A DNA stretch of 64,000 nt from a virus (Duplodnaviria; Heunggongvirae; Uroviricota; Caudoviricetes), in IMG/VR virus record IMGVR_UViG_3300035502_000737; one strand, 5' to 3'. The position numbers and the translations under genes are program-made. Of this stretch, positions 9,613 to 18,322 are shown piece after piece. A model generated the notes under the pieces. That model saw only the letters and a list, made by a program, of their open reading frames with translations. It was not told the DNA's origin and ran no database searches. How positions within the stretch are numbered: position 1 is the stretch's first letter; every line of letters starts with the position of its first letter.

Positions 9613-9829
9613 CATAAGAAAGTCTTTTAACTAACAAAGAACTTGTCGAGAGATAAGTTTCCGCTGCAGCGGCTACCGAGAGGCCATCTCGGAAAGTAAT
9701 GCGCGTGGATGGTGGTCTTTTTCCATCTTTTGAAGCACGAATAAAAATGGCATTGGAGCACGGTGACGAGCGAAAACCAAGCATTAATCGCACCGTGCAT
9801 GCCCTAGGAATTCGTCCTAGGGCTTTTTT
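9613..9829 (+). ncRNA. Candidate structured non-coding RNA (~215 nt), family not recognised
   Basis: Bounded by a consensus promoter and an intrinsic terminator; five hairpins (9641-9658 with GAGA tetraloop, 9661-9672, 9676-9692, 9708-9727, 9758-9798); no ORF fits inside the unit. 5' end estimated from promoter geometry. Confidence 0.6.
9801..9829 (+). terminator. Intrinsic terminator
   Basis: gccctagg-aattcgt-cctagggc-tttttt; also contains the stop codon of the convergent nuclease gene. Confidence 0.85.
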
Positions 9830-11271
9830 ATTTTATATTTTGCCTTTCCACAGTCCCAAATCCTCTCATATCCTAATTTTATTGCCATTTCCTTTTCGGA
9901 CAGTGTGTATGGTAGGTTGTATCTGAACGATATGGTTTTCTTGTTCATCTTGTGCCTCGGAATCCTATGGGTTGGATTGGCGCTGTCAATGTAATAGTAG
10001 TCTTGTGGCACACATCCGCATCTTTGGAATCCGACACTTTCCAATACATTATTATATATGTTGAATCGGTTGTCTACGATGAATTCAACCTCTTCCGCAT
10101 TTTCTTCAAGAAACAGCTTTAAAGCCATTGATTTTAGGATTTTATCCTCGTTTTTCGCAGAAATCTTGCAAAAATAGCGTTTTAATTCGTAATTTTGACA
10201 ATTTAAACTTTTTCGCTTGAACAAAGAACAAGCGATGAGTTCATTGTGATGGTAGCATCCATAGCATACGGTACATGCGTGATAACCTTCAATCCAATTC
10301 TTGTCCATGAATTCTTTTGCAATGGATTTTTCAATGGTTTTTATCTCAAATCCGTCAATCTCTTCTTCTTCCTTGCTTATCGCTTTATTAATTACATTAA
10401 GCACTTGCTCCTTTTTCATAATGTATTCGTCCTCGAAGAACTGAAATAGGTTGATTCCTTTATCTTCCGCTTGTAAGAACTTGTTGATATGATACTGTTT
10501 GTCCTTGCCGAAACTCTCTGAATGCCATCTCAATCCATTGTACTCTATACCTACATGAATATAAGGCAGCAGTATGTCGATTTCTTTTCCGTCCAACAAT
10601 CTTCTGTCGTTGTGGATGACATTATCCTTACCTACCTTATTAATAATGTATTCCAATATCTCCATCTCATTGGAAGATACCAATTTCCCACATGTCGGGC
10701 ATCCGTGTCCTTGCAAATGGTCGTTGGGACGCTGTAAGAATGCCCCGTGTTTACCACAAACGATGATGACCTTGTCAAGAATGGACTTGTAATCCACGTT
10801 GGAATAGTCGTACTTATAGTTGTACAGCAGATTTGCCCTATGTATGAATGCGGACTTGTCCAACTTATGCTTCTCACTCCTTTTGCTGACCGCACACAAG
10901 GGACATCCTTGTCCATTTAAGTGTTTGGATGGTGTCTGTTGGAATTCTCCGTGCTCTTTGCATATAATGGTTGACTTCACATGCATCCCGTTGAACTCGA
11001 ACTTGGGATAGTCGTACTCATCTCCATGAACCTTCTTAAACCGCTCGATTACTTCCTCACGTGAAAGAGTCCTACCGCTACACTTTGGACATCCTTGCCC
11101 TCTCAAATGGGCGGAAGGGAGCTGTCGGAACTCTCCGTGAAGAGGGCAGATAATTGTGACCTTCGTTCTGTCATTGACGTAGGACACTTTTGAATAATCG
11201 TATCTGTCTCCGTGCTTGGATTTCGCACGGAGAATGAATTCCTCAGTCGTTAGTTTCTTTGTGGAGGACAT
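9817..11271 (-). CDS. Free-standing putative homing endonuclease: three Zn-ribbon (DUF723-like) repeats + PD-(D/E)xK/Vsr-like domain + Hef-like C-terminal domain
   Basis: 3x HG..YDY.K..Y......IIC..HG.F.Q.P..HL.G.GCP.C; EIDILLP...GIEYNGLRWHS; C-terminal RIWDCG. Start set at ATG 11271 (TATTTAC variant 22 nt upstream). Confidence 0.75.
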   Translation of the reverse strand: MSSTKKLTTEEFILRAKSKHGDRYDYSKVSYVNDRTKVTIICPLHGEFRQLPSAHLRGQGCPKCSGRTLSREEVIERFKKVHGDEYDYPKFEFNGMHVKSTIICKEHGEFQQTPSKHLNGQGCPLCAVSKRSEKHKLDKSAFIHRANLLYNYKYDYSNVDYKSILDKVIIVCGKHGAFLQRPNDHLQGHGCPTCGKLVSSNEMEILEYIINKVGKDNVIHNDRRLLDGKEIDILLPYIHVGIEYNGLRWHSESFGKDKQYHINKFLQAEDKGINLFQFFEDEYIMKKEQVLNVINKAISKEEEEIDGFEIKTIEKSIAKEFMDKNWIEGYHACTVCYGCYHHNELIACSLFKRKSLNCQNYELKRYFCKISAKNEDKILKSMALKLFLEENAEEVEFIVDNRFNIYNNVLESVGFQRCGCVPQDYYYIDSANPTHRIPRHKMNKKTISFRYNLPYTLSEKEMAIKLGYERIWDCGKAKYKIKKP

Positions 11272-11361
11272 GTATAATGTAAGTTTTTTAACTGTAAATA
11301 TCAGTGCCAAGAAGAAAGCTTAAAAAATGAGAGAGAAAGGGAGAAAAAACAAGAACGGAGC

Positions 11362-11368
11362 TATTTAT
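11362..11368 (+). promoter_or_regulatory. TATTTAT motif, putative late promoter (tail tube)
   Basis: 30 nt upstream of ATG 11399. Confidence 0.55.
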
Positions 11369-11398
11369 CAGAAAATTGAACAAATACTAGTATTAGAT

Positions 11399-11887
11399 AT
11401 GTCTGATTTGCTGATTAAAATGCCGCTCAACTATGAGCCGCTTAGAAAAAACCGTTGGCTGTTCCGTTTTCCAGCCGACCTTGGCATCCAAGAATGGTGG
11501 CTTGACAGCGCATCTCGTCCTACCATCAACCAAAAGGAAACGGAAATCCCGTTCCTCAACACCTCGACTTGGGTCGTAGGACGATACACGTGGGATTCGA
11601 TTCAGATTACACTGAGAGACCCCATCGGACCTTCCGCATCACAAGCCGTGATGGAGTGGATTCGACTGCACTCGGAAAGTGTAACGGGTAGGCAAGGGTA
11701 TGCTGTCGGATACAAGCGTGACGTCGAACTCGAAATGCTTGACCCTACGGGCGTCGTCGTACAGAAATGGATTCTGAAGAACACGATGGCAACGGTGGCA
11801 AACTTCGGTGATTTGAACTACTCGGCTGATGACTTGGCGACCATTCAGATTACCTTGCGCTTCGACTATGCGATTCTCTGCTACTAA
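11399..11887 (+). CDS. Tail tube protein (T4 gp19-like)
   Basis: YEPLRKNRWLFRFP...SASRPTI...IPFLN...GRYTWDSI...LRDPIGPSASQAVMEW...LDPTG..V.KW.L; downstream of the sheath gene. Confidence 0.9.
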   Translation: MSDLLIKMPLNYEPLRKNRWLFRFPADLGIQEWWLDSASRPTINQKETEIPFLNTSTWVVGRYTWDSIQITLRDPIGPSASQAVMEWIRLHSESVTGRQGYAVGYKRDVELEMLDPTGVVVQKWILKNTMATVANFGDLNYSADDLATIQITLRFDYAILCY

Positions 11888-11914
11888 TTTCATTTTTCAT
11901 TACGTCATTTTTTT

Positions 11915-11959
11915 TAGCGGATTGGGGTTGCTATTTTTCCCCATTCCGCTATATTTTTT
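11915..11959 (+). terminator. Intrinsic terminator (possibly bidirectional)
   Basis: tagcggattgggg / ccccattccgcta hairpin with flanking T-runs. Confidence 0.6.
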
Positions 11960-11966
11960 CTATATT

Positions 11967-12707
11967 ATGAGCAAGAAAATCACACAAGAGGAGTTTCTAC
12001 GCCGTTCCATTGATAGACATGGCAAGAAATATGACTACAGTAAGGCTGTTTATGAGGGAAAGGAAAGACTAATTACCATCATTTGCCCAAAACATGGAGA
12101 GTTTCGTCAGAGGGCAAGCAGTCATTGGTTGTACGGATGCGAAAAGTGCTCGTATGAGGAGCGTGGTGAGAAATGTAGGAAAAGTAAGGAGCAGTTTGTC
12201 ATTGATTCAAGGAAAGTTCATGGGGACAAGTATGATTACACCAAGTTTGAGTATGTGAATGCACGGACAAAGGGAATCATTATATGCCCTACGCATGGGG
12301 AGTTCTTGATGACTCCGAATATGCATTTGACAAAGCGTGAAGGTTGTCCTTATTGCAAGCAGAGCAAGTTGGAATTGAAAGTTGCAAGGCTATTGAAAGA
12401 AAAAGGAGTGGAATTCGAGATGCAGAAACGCTTTGATTGGCTTGGAAAGATGTCACTTGACTTTTATCTCCCAAAATACAGTATGGCCATTGAGTGCCAA
12501 GGCAAACAGCACTTCGGTATTGGGAATTGGGGACGAGAAACAGAGTCAATACATGAAAGAGACATGAGAAAACGTGATTTATGCAATGAAAATGGTGTTA
12601 AAATGCTGTATTTCACAGATTTAAATGAAATTAAAGAAGATGAGTGTTATGTTGAAACACAATATGCGTTAACGGTTGAAGATTTATGGAGACTGATTCA
12701 GAATTGA
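11967..12707 (+). CDS. Putative homing endonuclease: two Zn-ribbon repeats + DUF559/Vsr-like domain
   Basis: 2x HG.KYDY.K..Y...IICP.HGEF repeats; SLDFYLPKYSMAIECQGKQH. ATG 11967 preferred over the track start, which lies inside the tube gene. Confidence 0.75.
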   Translation: MSKKITQEEFLRRSIDRHGKKYDYSKAVYEGKERLITIICPKHGEFRQRASSHWLYGCEKCSYEERGEKCRKSKEQFVIDSRKVHGDKYDYTKFEYVNARTKGIIICPTHGEFLMTPNMHLTKREGCPYCKQSKLELKVARLLKEKGVEFEMQKRFDWLGKMSLDFYLPKYSMAIECQGKQHFGIGNWGRETESIHERDMRKRDLCNENGVKMLYFTDLNEIKEDECYVETQYALTVEDLWRLIQN

Positions 12708-13525
12708 TTTACAAATGTCCGTATTGTGATAGGAGTTTCAATACATTCAATGGCCTTTCTAAACATATTGTGAGGTTCAAGGCGCATGGGGACATATCCA
12801 AGGAGAAGTTATTGACAGATTTGCTGTACAATGGGAAAAGGCCTACTTGCAAGTGTGGTTGTGGTGAATTTACGGATATAGAGTATAATAACGGAGCGCA
12901 TTTCGCCGACTTCATACGAGGACACGCAGCGAGGATAAACAATAATTGGGGGCATAATGAAAGAGCTAAGGAGAAATCCGCCGAGACGAGGAGAAGGCAG
13001 TACAGAAATGGCGAGCGCATACAGTGGAATAAAGGCTTAAAATGGAGCGAATGTTATTCAGATGAACAATCCGCCATACTGAGAGAAAAACTGTCTCAGA
13101 AAGCCTTAAAACGGCTTGAAACAGCATCATTTACGCAAACATCCAAGCTTGAGAATGAGTTCATCGACAAATTCATTATGCCATTAGGAGAAGAAGTAAT
13201 TAGACAGTTCTATATAAAAGACATCAATCAATTTTGTGACTGCTATCTTCCGAAATATAATCTAGTCATAGAGATTAACGGCAGGTATTGGCACTGCGAC
13301 CCAAGATTCTACAAGAATGGTCCAATTAATGAAAAGCAAAAGAGGAGAATCGAGAAAGATGGAATTAAGTCGTCATATCTCGATTCTCACGGTTTTCGAT
13401 TGTTTGTTGCTTGGGAGGACGATATAAAGTCGAATCCGAACTTGCTAATTGAAGATATTAAGAAACTAATAAATCAAAGTTCCTCTTCCTCTGTGTCTTC
13501 ATCTTCCTCCTCGTTGTCATCTTGA
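12686..13525 (+). CDS. Putative endonuclease: C2H2 Zn finger + NUMOD3-like segment + Vsr-like domain
   Basis: CPYC...H....H; RPTCKCGCG; QWNKGL; CDCYLPKYNLVIEINGRYWH...D..K...L...G..L...WEDD. Confidence 0.7.
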   Translation: METDSELIYKCPYCDRSFNTFNGLSKHIVRFKAHGDISKEKLLTDLLYNGKRPTCKCGCGEFTDIEYNNGAHFADFIRGHAARINNNWGHNERAKEKSAETRRRQYRNGERIQWNKGLKWSECYSDEQSAILREKLSQKALKRLETASFTQTSKLENEFIDKFIMPLGEEVIRQFYIKDINQFCDCYLPKYNLVIEINGRYWHCDPRFYKNGPINEKQKRRIEKDGIKSSYLDSHGFRLFVAWEDDIKSNPNLLIEDIKKLINQSSSSSVSSSSSSLSS

Positions 13526-14310
13526 GGAAGTTTTCCATCTGAATAGTATCTGTCAATATCATTGATGACCATATCTACATAAGGACTGTCATAGTGGAGG
13601 TACTTGCTTGAATCAAGGAAGGAGACATACAGTTCGTCGTTATGGTACGATTGGATGACTTCTTCAAGCGTATCGAATTGAGCAGCCGTTGGCATACATG
13701 ACATATCGATACCATTGTGCGTGAGTCGGATATTTCCGAGGTCAATAAAATGGAAAGTTCCTTCAACTCCAGGTATCAATGCACTTGCGTTGTGCTCGTC
13801 CTCAGTGTAAACGACAACTCCGTTATGCAAGATAAAGCCTCTACAGTTGTCATAATAATCTCCGTGAGGGAGTATTTTCATAGCCATTTGGTCAAGTTCG
13901 TACGGATTGTTAATGTCCACATCCTCTTCCGTATACATGGTAAATGGCTCTATTTCTCCCTTTCCGTCTTTCAAGCAATCATTGAAGATTTTCTCTGCGA
14001 TTCTGTCATCGAACATTCTTTCTATCTCATAGAACATGACAGAGTCATTGTCACAGCGATGGAAATCCAAGTCGTAGTAATCAATGTCGAACATTGCCTC
14101 ATCGTTCAAGTACTTCTTCTTTGACTCTTCGTTGTCTTCAAGTCCGTTTGCTTGAAGCCATTCCGCATATTCATCCTCGTCGATATAGGTTTCATACTCA
14201 ATCTTTCCATATTCTGACAAGTCCCTATCCTTGGATTCCTTTATTAGTTTGAGAAGTGCTTGGTGGCAATACTTCTCTGAAATTCTTCGTATATCTTCTT
14301 TTAAAAGCAT
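13474..14310 (-). CDS. Highly acidic hypothetical protein with LIKES site
   Basis: 278 aa; TATTTAT 22 nt upstream (14333-14339 on the reverse strand); C-terminal half has GFIL.NG...EH...F..LGNIR...PT..Q motif. Confidence 0.75.
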   Translation of the reverse strand: MLLKEDIRRISEKYCHQALLKLIKESKDRDLSEYGKIEYETYIDEDEYAEWLQANGLEDNEESKKKYLNDEAMFDIDYYDLDFHRCDNDSVMFYEIERMFDDRIAEKIFNDCLKDGKGEIEPFTMYTEEDVDINNPYELDQMAMKILPHGDYYDNCRGFILHNGVVVYTEDEHNASALIPGVEGTFHFIDLGNIRLTHNGIDMSCMPTAAQFDTLEEVIQSYHNDELYVSFLDSSKYLHYDSPYVDMVINDIDRYYSDGKLPQDDNEEEDEDTEEEEL

Positions 14311-14332
14311 TCTGCGTTCTTATTTATTATCA

Positions 14333-14339
14333 ATAAATA
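14333..14339 (-). promoter_or_regulatory. TATTTAT motif, putative late promoter
   Basis: ATAAATA on the + strand, 22 nt upstream of the minus-strand ATG at 14310. Confidence 0.5.
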
Positions 14340-14435
14340 TCGTAAAATTTTCGATTTAAGCCATTGTTTTTTCTTGGATGATAAACTATACTATTTTGTG
14401 GAGAAAGTGCCTTAAAACGCCTTAAAATACGTCCT

Positions 14436-15176
14436 ATGAGGAGAAAAACGACGGAATCATTCATCCAAGCGGCAAGAGAGAAGTACGGTGATAGATATGA
14501 CTATTCAAAGGTTGATTACAAGAACAACAAGACGAAGGTATGCATCATCTGTAAGGAGCATGGTGAGTTTTGGCAGAGGCCTAATGACCATCTTAGTGGT
14601 TATGGATGCCCTCGATGCAGTGGTCATGGCTCATTGGAGCATGGAAGGAGGACAACGGAAGAGTTCGTGGAGGATGCTAGAAAAGTGCATGGAGACAAGT
14701 ATGATTACTCCAAGGTTGAATACAATGGAGTGTTTGAAAACGTGCTTATCATTTGCAGAGAGCATGGGGAGTTTTGGCAGCGGCCCAATAACCACTTGAA
14801 TGGCTCATTATGCCCGAAATGCGCAAAAGTGGTCAATTTCAGTAGAATGGCACAAAAGGTTTACGAGAAATTATTGGCTGAAGGATATGAGGTTGAAAAA
14901 GAGAAAACTTTTGATTGGCTTGTATTCAAGCGTCATATGAAGCTTGATTTCTTCCTCCCAATGTATAATGTAGCTGTCGAGGTCCAAGGCGGACAGCATT
15001 TCAGAGCGTTTGACAAATTTGGAGGGGAAAGGAACTTGGAGGAACAACAAGAACGTGACGAGGCGAAACGGATGCTGTGCGAGGAGCATGGAATCAAGCT
15101 ATTTTACATCACTCAGCATAATTCCAATATCGATGAAATTAAGGCGTTTGTTGAGAATATGAAAATTTTAAGTTGA
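14436..15176 (+). CDS. Putative homing endonuclease: two Zn-ribbon repeats + DUF559/Vsr-like domain
   Basis: Same architecture as 11967-12707; KLDFFLPMYNVAVEVQGGQH. Confidence 0.75.
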   Translation: MRRKTTESFIQAAREKYGDRYDYSKVDYKNNKTKVCIICKEHGEFWQRPNDHLSGYGCPRCSGHGSLEHGRRTTEEFVEDARKVHGDKYDYSKVEYNGVFENVLIICREHGEFWQRPNNHLNGSLCPKCAKVVNFSRMAQKVYEKLLAEGYEVEKEKTFDWLVFKRHMKLDFFLPMYNVAVEVQGGQHFRAFDKFGGERNLEEQQERDEAKRMLCEEHGIKLFYITQHNSNIDEIKAFVENMKILS

Positions 15177-15179
15177 CGC

Positions 15180-15186
15180 TATTTAT
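15180..15186 (+). promoter_or_regulatory. TATTTAT motif, putative late promoter
   Basis: 24 nt upstream of GTG 15211. Confidence 0.55.
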
Positions 15187-15210
15187 AGAAACAACAAAAT
15201 AAGAGTAACC

Positions 15211-15681
15211 GTGAACCAACCGTTGAAACGTCAGAACAAGAACGCAAAACAAGCGAGCAAACCGAAGAAGAGGGGAGGTTTTTTCAAGAAGTGGCATCCG
15301 AAGTTCGGGACGTCGAAACTTGAAGAGGACTTCGCGAGGGATTTCTTGGACAAGCTTGGAGTGGAATACATATACCAATATGAGGCGAAGGACATTGGAA
15401 GGTTCTTTGACTTCATGTTGGAGGGGAGGTTGCTCGTTGAGATAGATGGTGATTACTACCACTCCAATCCCCTCCTTTACGAGGGCAAGGAGCTCAACAA
15501 GATGCAGCTCCGCAACAAGAAGGTTGACGAGCTTAAGAACCGTTGGGCGCTTCTTCACGGCATTCCCATTCTCCGCATTTGGGAGCACGACATACGAAAT
15601 AATCCGAAGATGGTGATGGACATGCTCATCGAGCGGTTGAACCTTATTGACAAGGAGAAAGAGAAGAAGAAGCGTCACTGA
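15211..15681 (+). CDS. Stand-alone Vsr/DUF559-like endonuclease
   Basis: FFDFMLEGRLLVEIDGDYYH...Q..N...DELKN..A...G..ILRIWEHD. Confidence 0.75.
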   Translation: MNQPLKRQNKNAKQASKPKKRGGFFKKWHPKFGTSKLEEDFARDFLDKLGVEYIYQYEAKDIGRFFDFMLEGRLLVEIDGDYYHSNPLLYEGKELNKMQLRNKKVDELKNRWALLHGIPILRIWEHDIRNNPKMVMDMLIERLNLIDKEKEKKKRH

Positions 15682-15732
15682 TATAAAACAAAGAAACTTA
15701 TATTTAAAAAATATATTCAAATTATACCATAT

Positions 15733-17049
15733 ATGGCAAAGAAGACAAGGACAGCGCAGCAAGAGAAGGAGATTCAGATGCTCCTTGCGAATAATGAGAT
15801 GTATGAGAAGACGAAGGAAGAGGTGAGGTTGCGTGGAGGCGACGAGGACAAGATGAAACTTATTGTCGAGGCGCAGAAGGACATTATCCAAAAGTTGAGG
15901 AATGTGGACGAGAGTGTTGCTGACGAGGTGGTTTCCAAGAATTCGTCTAACAAGGATAATGGGAATGATGTGGTTGACTTCCTTTCGAGGGATGAGTCGA
16001 GCGTTTACGACCGAATCAACTTGGTGGGTGCGAATAATGTGATTTCCACGGAGGAAGTGAAGGTTGGCGAGGACGCTCTTGAGGCGCGTGACACCTCCGA
16101 TGATGTATATGGATACTACAACGGTTCTTCTTCAACAGTTCCTAGTGATTTCGGGGCTGTGAACAGTGACGTGCAGTACGATATCGTATCATTGCCTAGC
16201 AACGGTCAGTGTTATAAGGACAAGAGGGACAGAATCGCCGTGGCTTATCTGACGGCTTATGACGAGAATATGATTACGTCTCCCAACTTGTACAAGGACG
16301 GTCTTGTGATTGACTGTTTGCTCAAGCAGAAGATTGTGGACAAGTCCATTGACATTGACAGTCTTTGCGTCGGTGACGTGGATGCGATTACCTTGTTCTT
16401 GAGGGCTAGTTCATACGGGGCGGATTTCCCCATTGTGGTGAAAGACCCTCAGAGTGGCGAGCAGATTGAGTCTGTGGTGGACTTGTCTCAGCTGAAGGTG
16501 AAGGAATTCAAGTTGGAGGGGGATGAGAACGGATACTTTGACTTCAAGCTTCCCGTCAGTGGGGATGACGTTAAGTTCAAGTTCTTGACCCGTAGGGATG
16601 AGAAACTTTTGATGGCTCTTTCAAGGCTTGAGGAAGAGGGTGTAAAGGCGAATACTGTGAGGGGACAGATTAAGGATTTGACGGACGCCATCAAGTCTGA
16701 CAAGATTCTGAGCGGAAAGGAGAAGCAGATGTTTGTGGATGACCTCGGCAAGATGTCGGATTGGGTGAAGAAACTCGCAAGTAGGTCTCCGCTCCCTTAT
16801 TCAAAGACGATTACGAATAGGTTGGAGCTTTCCATTGTGTCAGTGAACGGGAATGGTGACAAGAAGTTCATTTCGCAGTATGTAAGGAACATGGGCGCGA
16901 AGGATTCGCTGATGCTGAGAAGGTACATCTTGGAGAATGAGCCTGGTATTGACTTCTCCATCACCGTGGAGCGTCCATTGAGTCTCGGAGGTGGCTCCTT
17001 CGACACCTTTCTTGAATGGGACGATTCTATTTTCCTTAATATCGCCTAA
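15733..17049 (+). CDS. Baseplate hub assembly / tail assembly chaperone (T4 gp26-like)
   Basis: LPSNGQCY...AYLTAYDENMITSPNL...LCVGDVDAI.LFLRASSYG...V.DP...VDLS.L...LP.S...VKFKFLT; located between the tube and tape measure genes. Confidence 0.75.
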   Translation: MAKKTRTAQQEKEIQMLLANNEMYEKTKEEVRLRGGDEDKMKLIVEAQKDIIQKLRNVDESVADEVVSKNSSNKDNGNDVVDFLSRDESSVYDRINLVGANNVISTEEVKVGEDALEARDTSDDVYGYYNGSSSTVPSDFGAVNSDVQYDIVSLPSNGQCYKDKRDRIAVAYLTAYDENMITSPNLYKDGLVIDCLLKQKIVDKSIDIDSLCVGDVDAITLFLRASSYGADFPIVVKDPQSGEQIESVVDLSQLKVKEFKLEGDENGYFDFKLPVSGDDVKFKFLTRRDEKLLMALSRLEEEGVKANTVRGQIKDLTDAIKSDKILSGKEKQMFVDDLGKMSDWVKKLASRSPLPYSKTITNRLELSIVSVNGNGDKKFISQYVRNMGAKDSLMLRRYILENEPGIDFSITVERPLSLGGGSFDTFLEWDDSIFLNIA

Positions 17050-17281
17050 TTTCGAGAGGAACCTTAAGGACGAATTGTTCGGTTGTTTCAAGTATATCGG
17101 AATACCGTTCGAGGTATTGGACAAGATGCCCGTGAGGGACAGAAAGTACTACATCGCCAAGCACAATGGAATCGCAGACGAGGAGAACCGACAAGCGAGG
17201 AAGAACGAAATCAATGGAGAGGCAATCAACGCTTATGCGGAACTTGCCCAACAGAATGAAATCAACAGCAAAAAGAGATAG
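16991..17281 (+). CDS. Second tail-assembly-chaperone-like ORF in the +1 frame, with no ATG (possible frameshift extension)
   Basis: LKDELFGCFKYIGIPFEVLDKMPVRDRKYYI resembles the small chaperone that follows gp26-like genes; the first in-frame ATG lies well inside the conserved part. Confidence 0.6.
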   Translation: MAPSTPFLNGTILFSLISPNFERNLKDELFGCFKYIGIPFEVLDKMPVRDRKYYIAKHNGIADEENRQARKNEINGEAINAYAELAQQNEINSKKR

Positions 17282-17287
17282 GAAAAA

Positions 17288-18220
17288 ATGGAAGAATCAA
17301 ACGTGTTCAAGCCGACCGTGGAATGGATGAATGAACAGTATGAGATATTCAATCAGAAGTATTTCAGAGGCGAGCTGACAAAGTGTGACTTTGACATACG
17401 GAAGATTGATACCAAGTATTACGGCTTATTTCACTTTCAAAACGAGGTGAAAGGTGACAGAAGGAGCGGCAGACTTTTCTCCGTGTGGTTTGGAAGGAAA
17501 ACTTGGATTGACAAGGAGAATTTCTATGAGGAATGCCGTCCGCAGATTGTGCTGAACGACAGATACTTTGGAACTGAGCGCGGCTGTTTGTCAACCCTTC
17601 TACATGAGATGTGTCATTTGTATACTTATATGAATGGACGTTGTCCCAAGCAAGGTCATGGACCCGAATTCAGAATGATTGCGGCTGTTATTTCTCGTCG
17701 AACTGGAGGCTTGTTCACAGTCGAGAGCTTTATGTCGGCTGATGAGCAGAAGGAGTTCAAGTTGAATGATGAGGACAAGGCAAGGATTGAACGGAGGAGG
17801 AACAATAAGAAAAGTAATGTCATGGCCTTGCTTGTCAAGACGAATAGCGGCAATATAAGACTTTTGAACACCACTTCTCAAAAGTTGCTTGACGATATTT
17901 ATGCCATGGAAAATCCGAAAGGGAGCAAGGTATACGTTTGCAAGGATGAAAAACTATATGAATTCTTGGACGGACTAGGATATGGCTCTGTTTCAAGGCT
18001 TTACAGATATTGGAGCATTGATGCGAAATTCAAGTTGCAGAAAGAACTTGAGGCGTATAATTTTGTGGAGTATAAAGGCCAAATGGAGGAGGAAAGGGGA
18101 TTTTCTTTCAAAAGGATAGTGGAGGAAGTGCTCAAGGAATTGAATTTCAACATGGAACAAGATGACAGCTTTGAGATTCTTCCAACCATGAACTTGAGCG
18201 AGGAATCTCCTTTTGAATAG
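17288..18220 (+). CDS. SprT-like zinc metalloprotease
   Basis: STLLHEMCHLY (HExxH) followed by HGPEF. Confidence 0.8.
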   Translation: MEESNVFKPTVEWMNEQYEIFNQKYFRGELTKCDFDIRKIDTKYYGLFHFQNEVKGDRRSGRLFSVWFGRKTWIDKENFYEECRPQIVLNDRYFGTERGCLSTLLHEMCHLYTYMNGRCPKQGHGPEFRMIAAVISRRTGGLFTVESFMSADEQKEFKLNDEDKARIERRRNNKKSNVMALLVKTNSGNIRLLNTTSQKLLDDIYAMENPKGSKVYVCKDEKLYEFLDGLGYGSVSRLYRYWSIDAKFKLQKELEAYNFVEYKGQMEEERGFSFKRIVEEVLKELNFNMEQDDSFEILPTMNLSEESPFE

Positions 18221-18247
18221 GCATTGCGCAAACTGTTTTTTATAAAG

Positions 18248-18294
18248 AAATGGAGTAGACGGAAAGGCATTCAGCCAATCTACTACTCCATTTT
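18248..18294. terminator. Bidirectional terminator-like hairpin
   Basis: aaatggagtag / ctactccattt between convergent genes. Confidence 0.6.
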
Positions 18295-18322
18295 CATGTA
18301 TATATCACTTAGCTCAATAAAA

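Noticed and set aside
9613-9829. Known RNA families for the ncRNA (SAM-I riboswitch, hammerhead, tRNA, 6S)
   Set aside because: The ttgtcgagag start resembles SAM-I but closes immediately into a tetraloop hairpin; tgacgag-cgaaa lacks the hammerhead C and stem II; there is no cloverleaf or long 6S duplex
9817-15681. Nuclease ORFs as intron-encoded proteins
   Set aside because: No group I P/Q/R/S or group II domain V signatures nearby, and the flanking genes are intact without splicing
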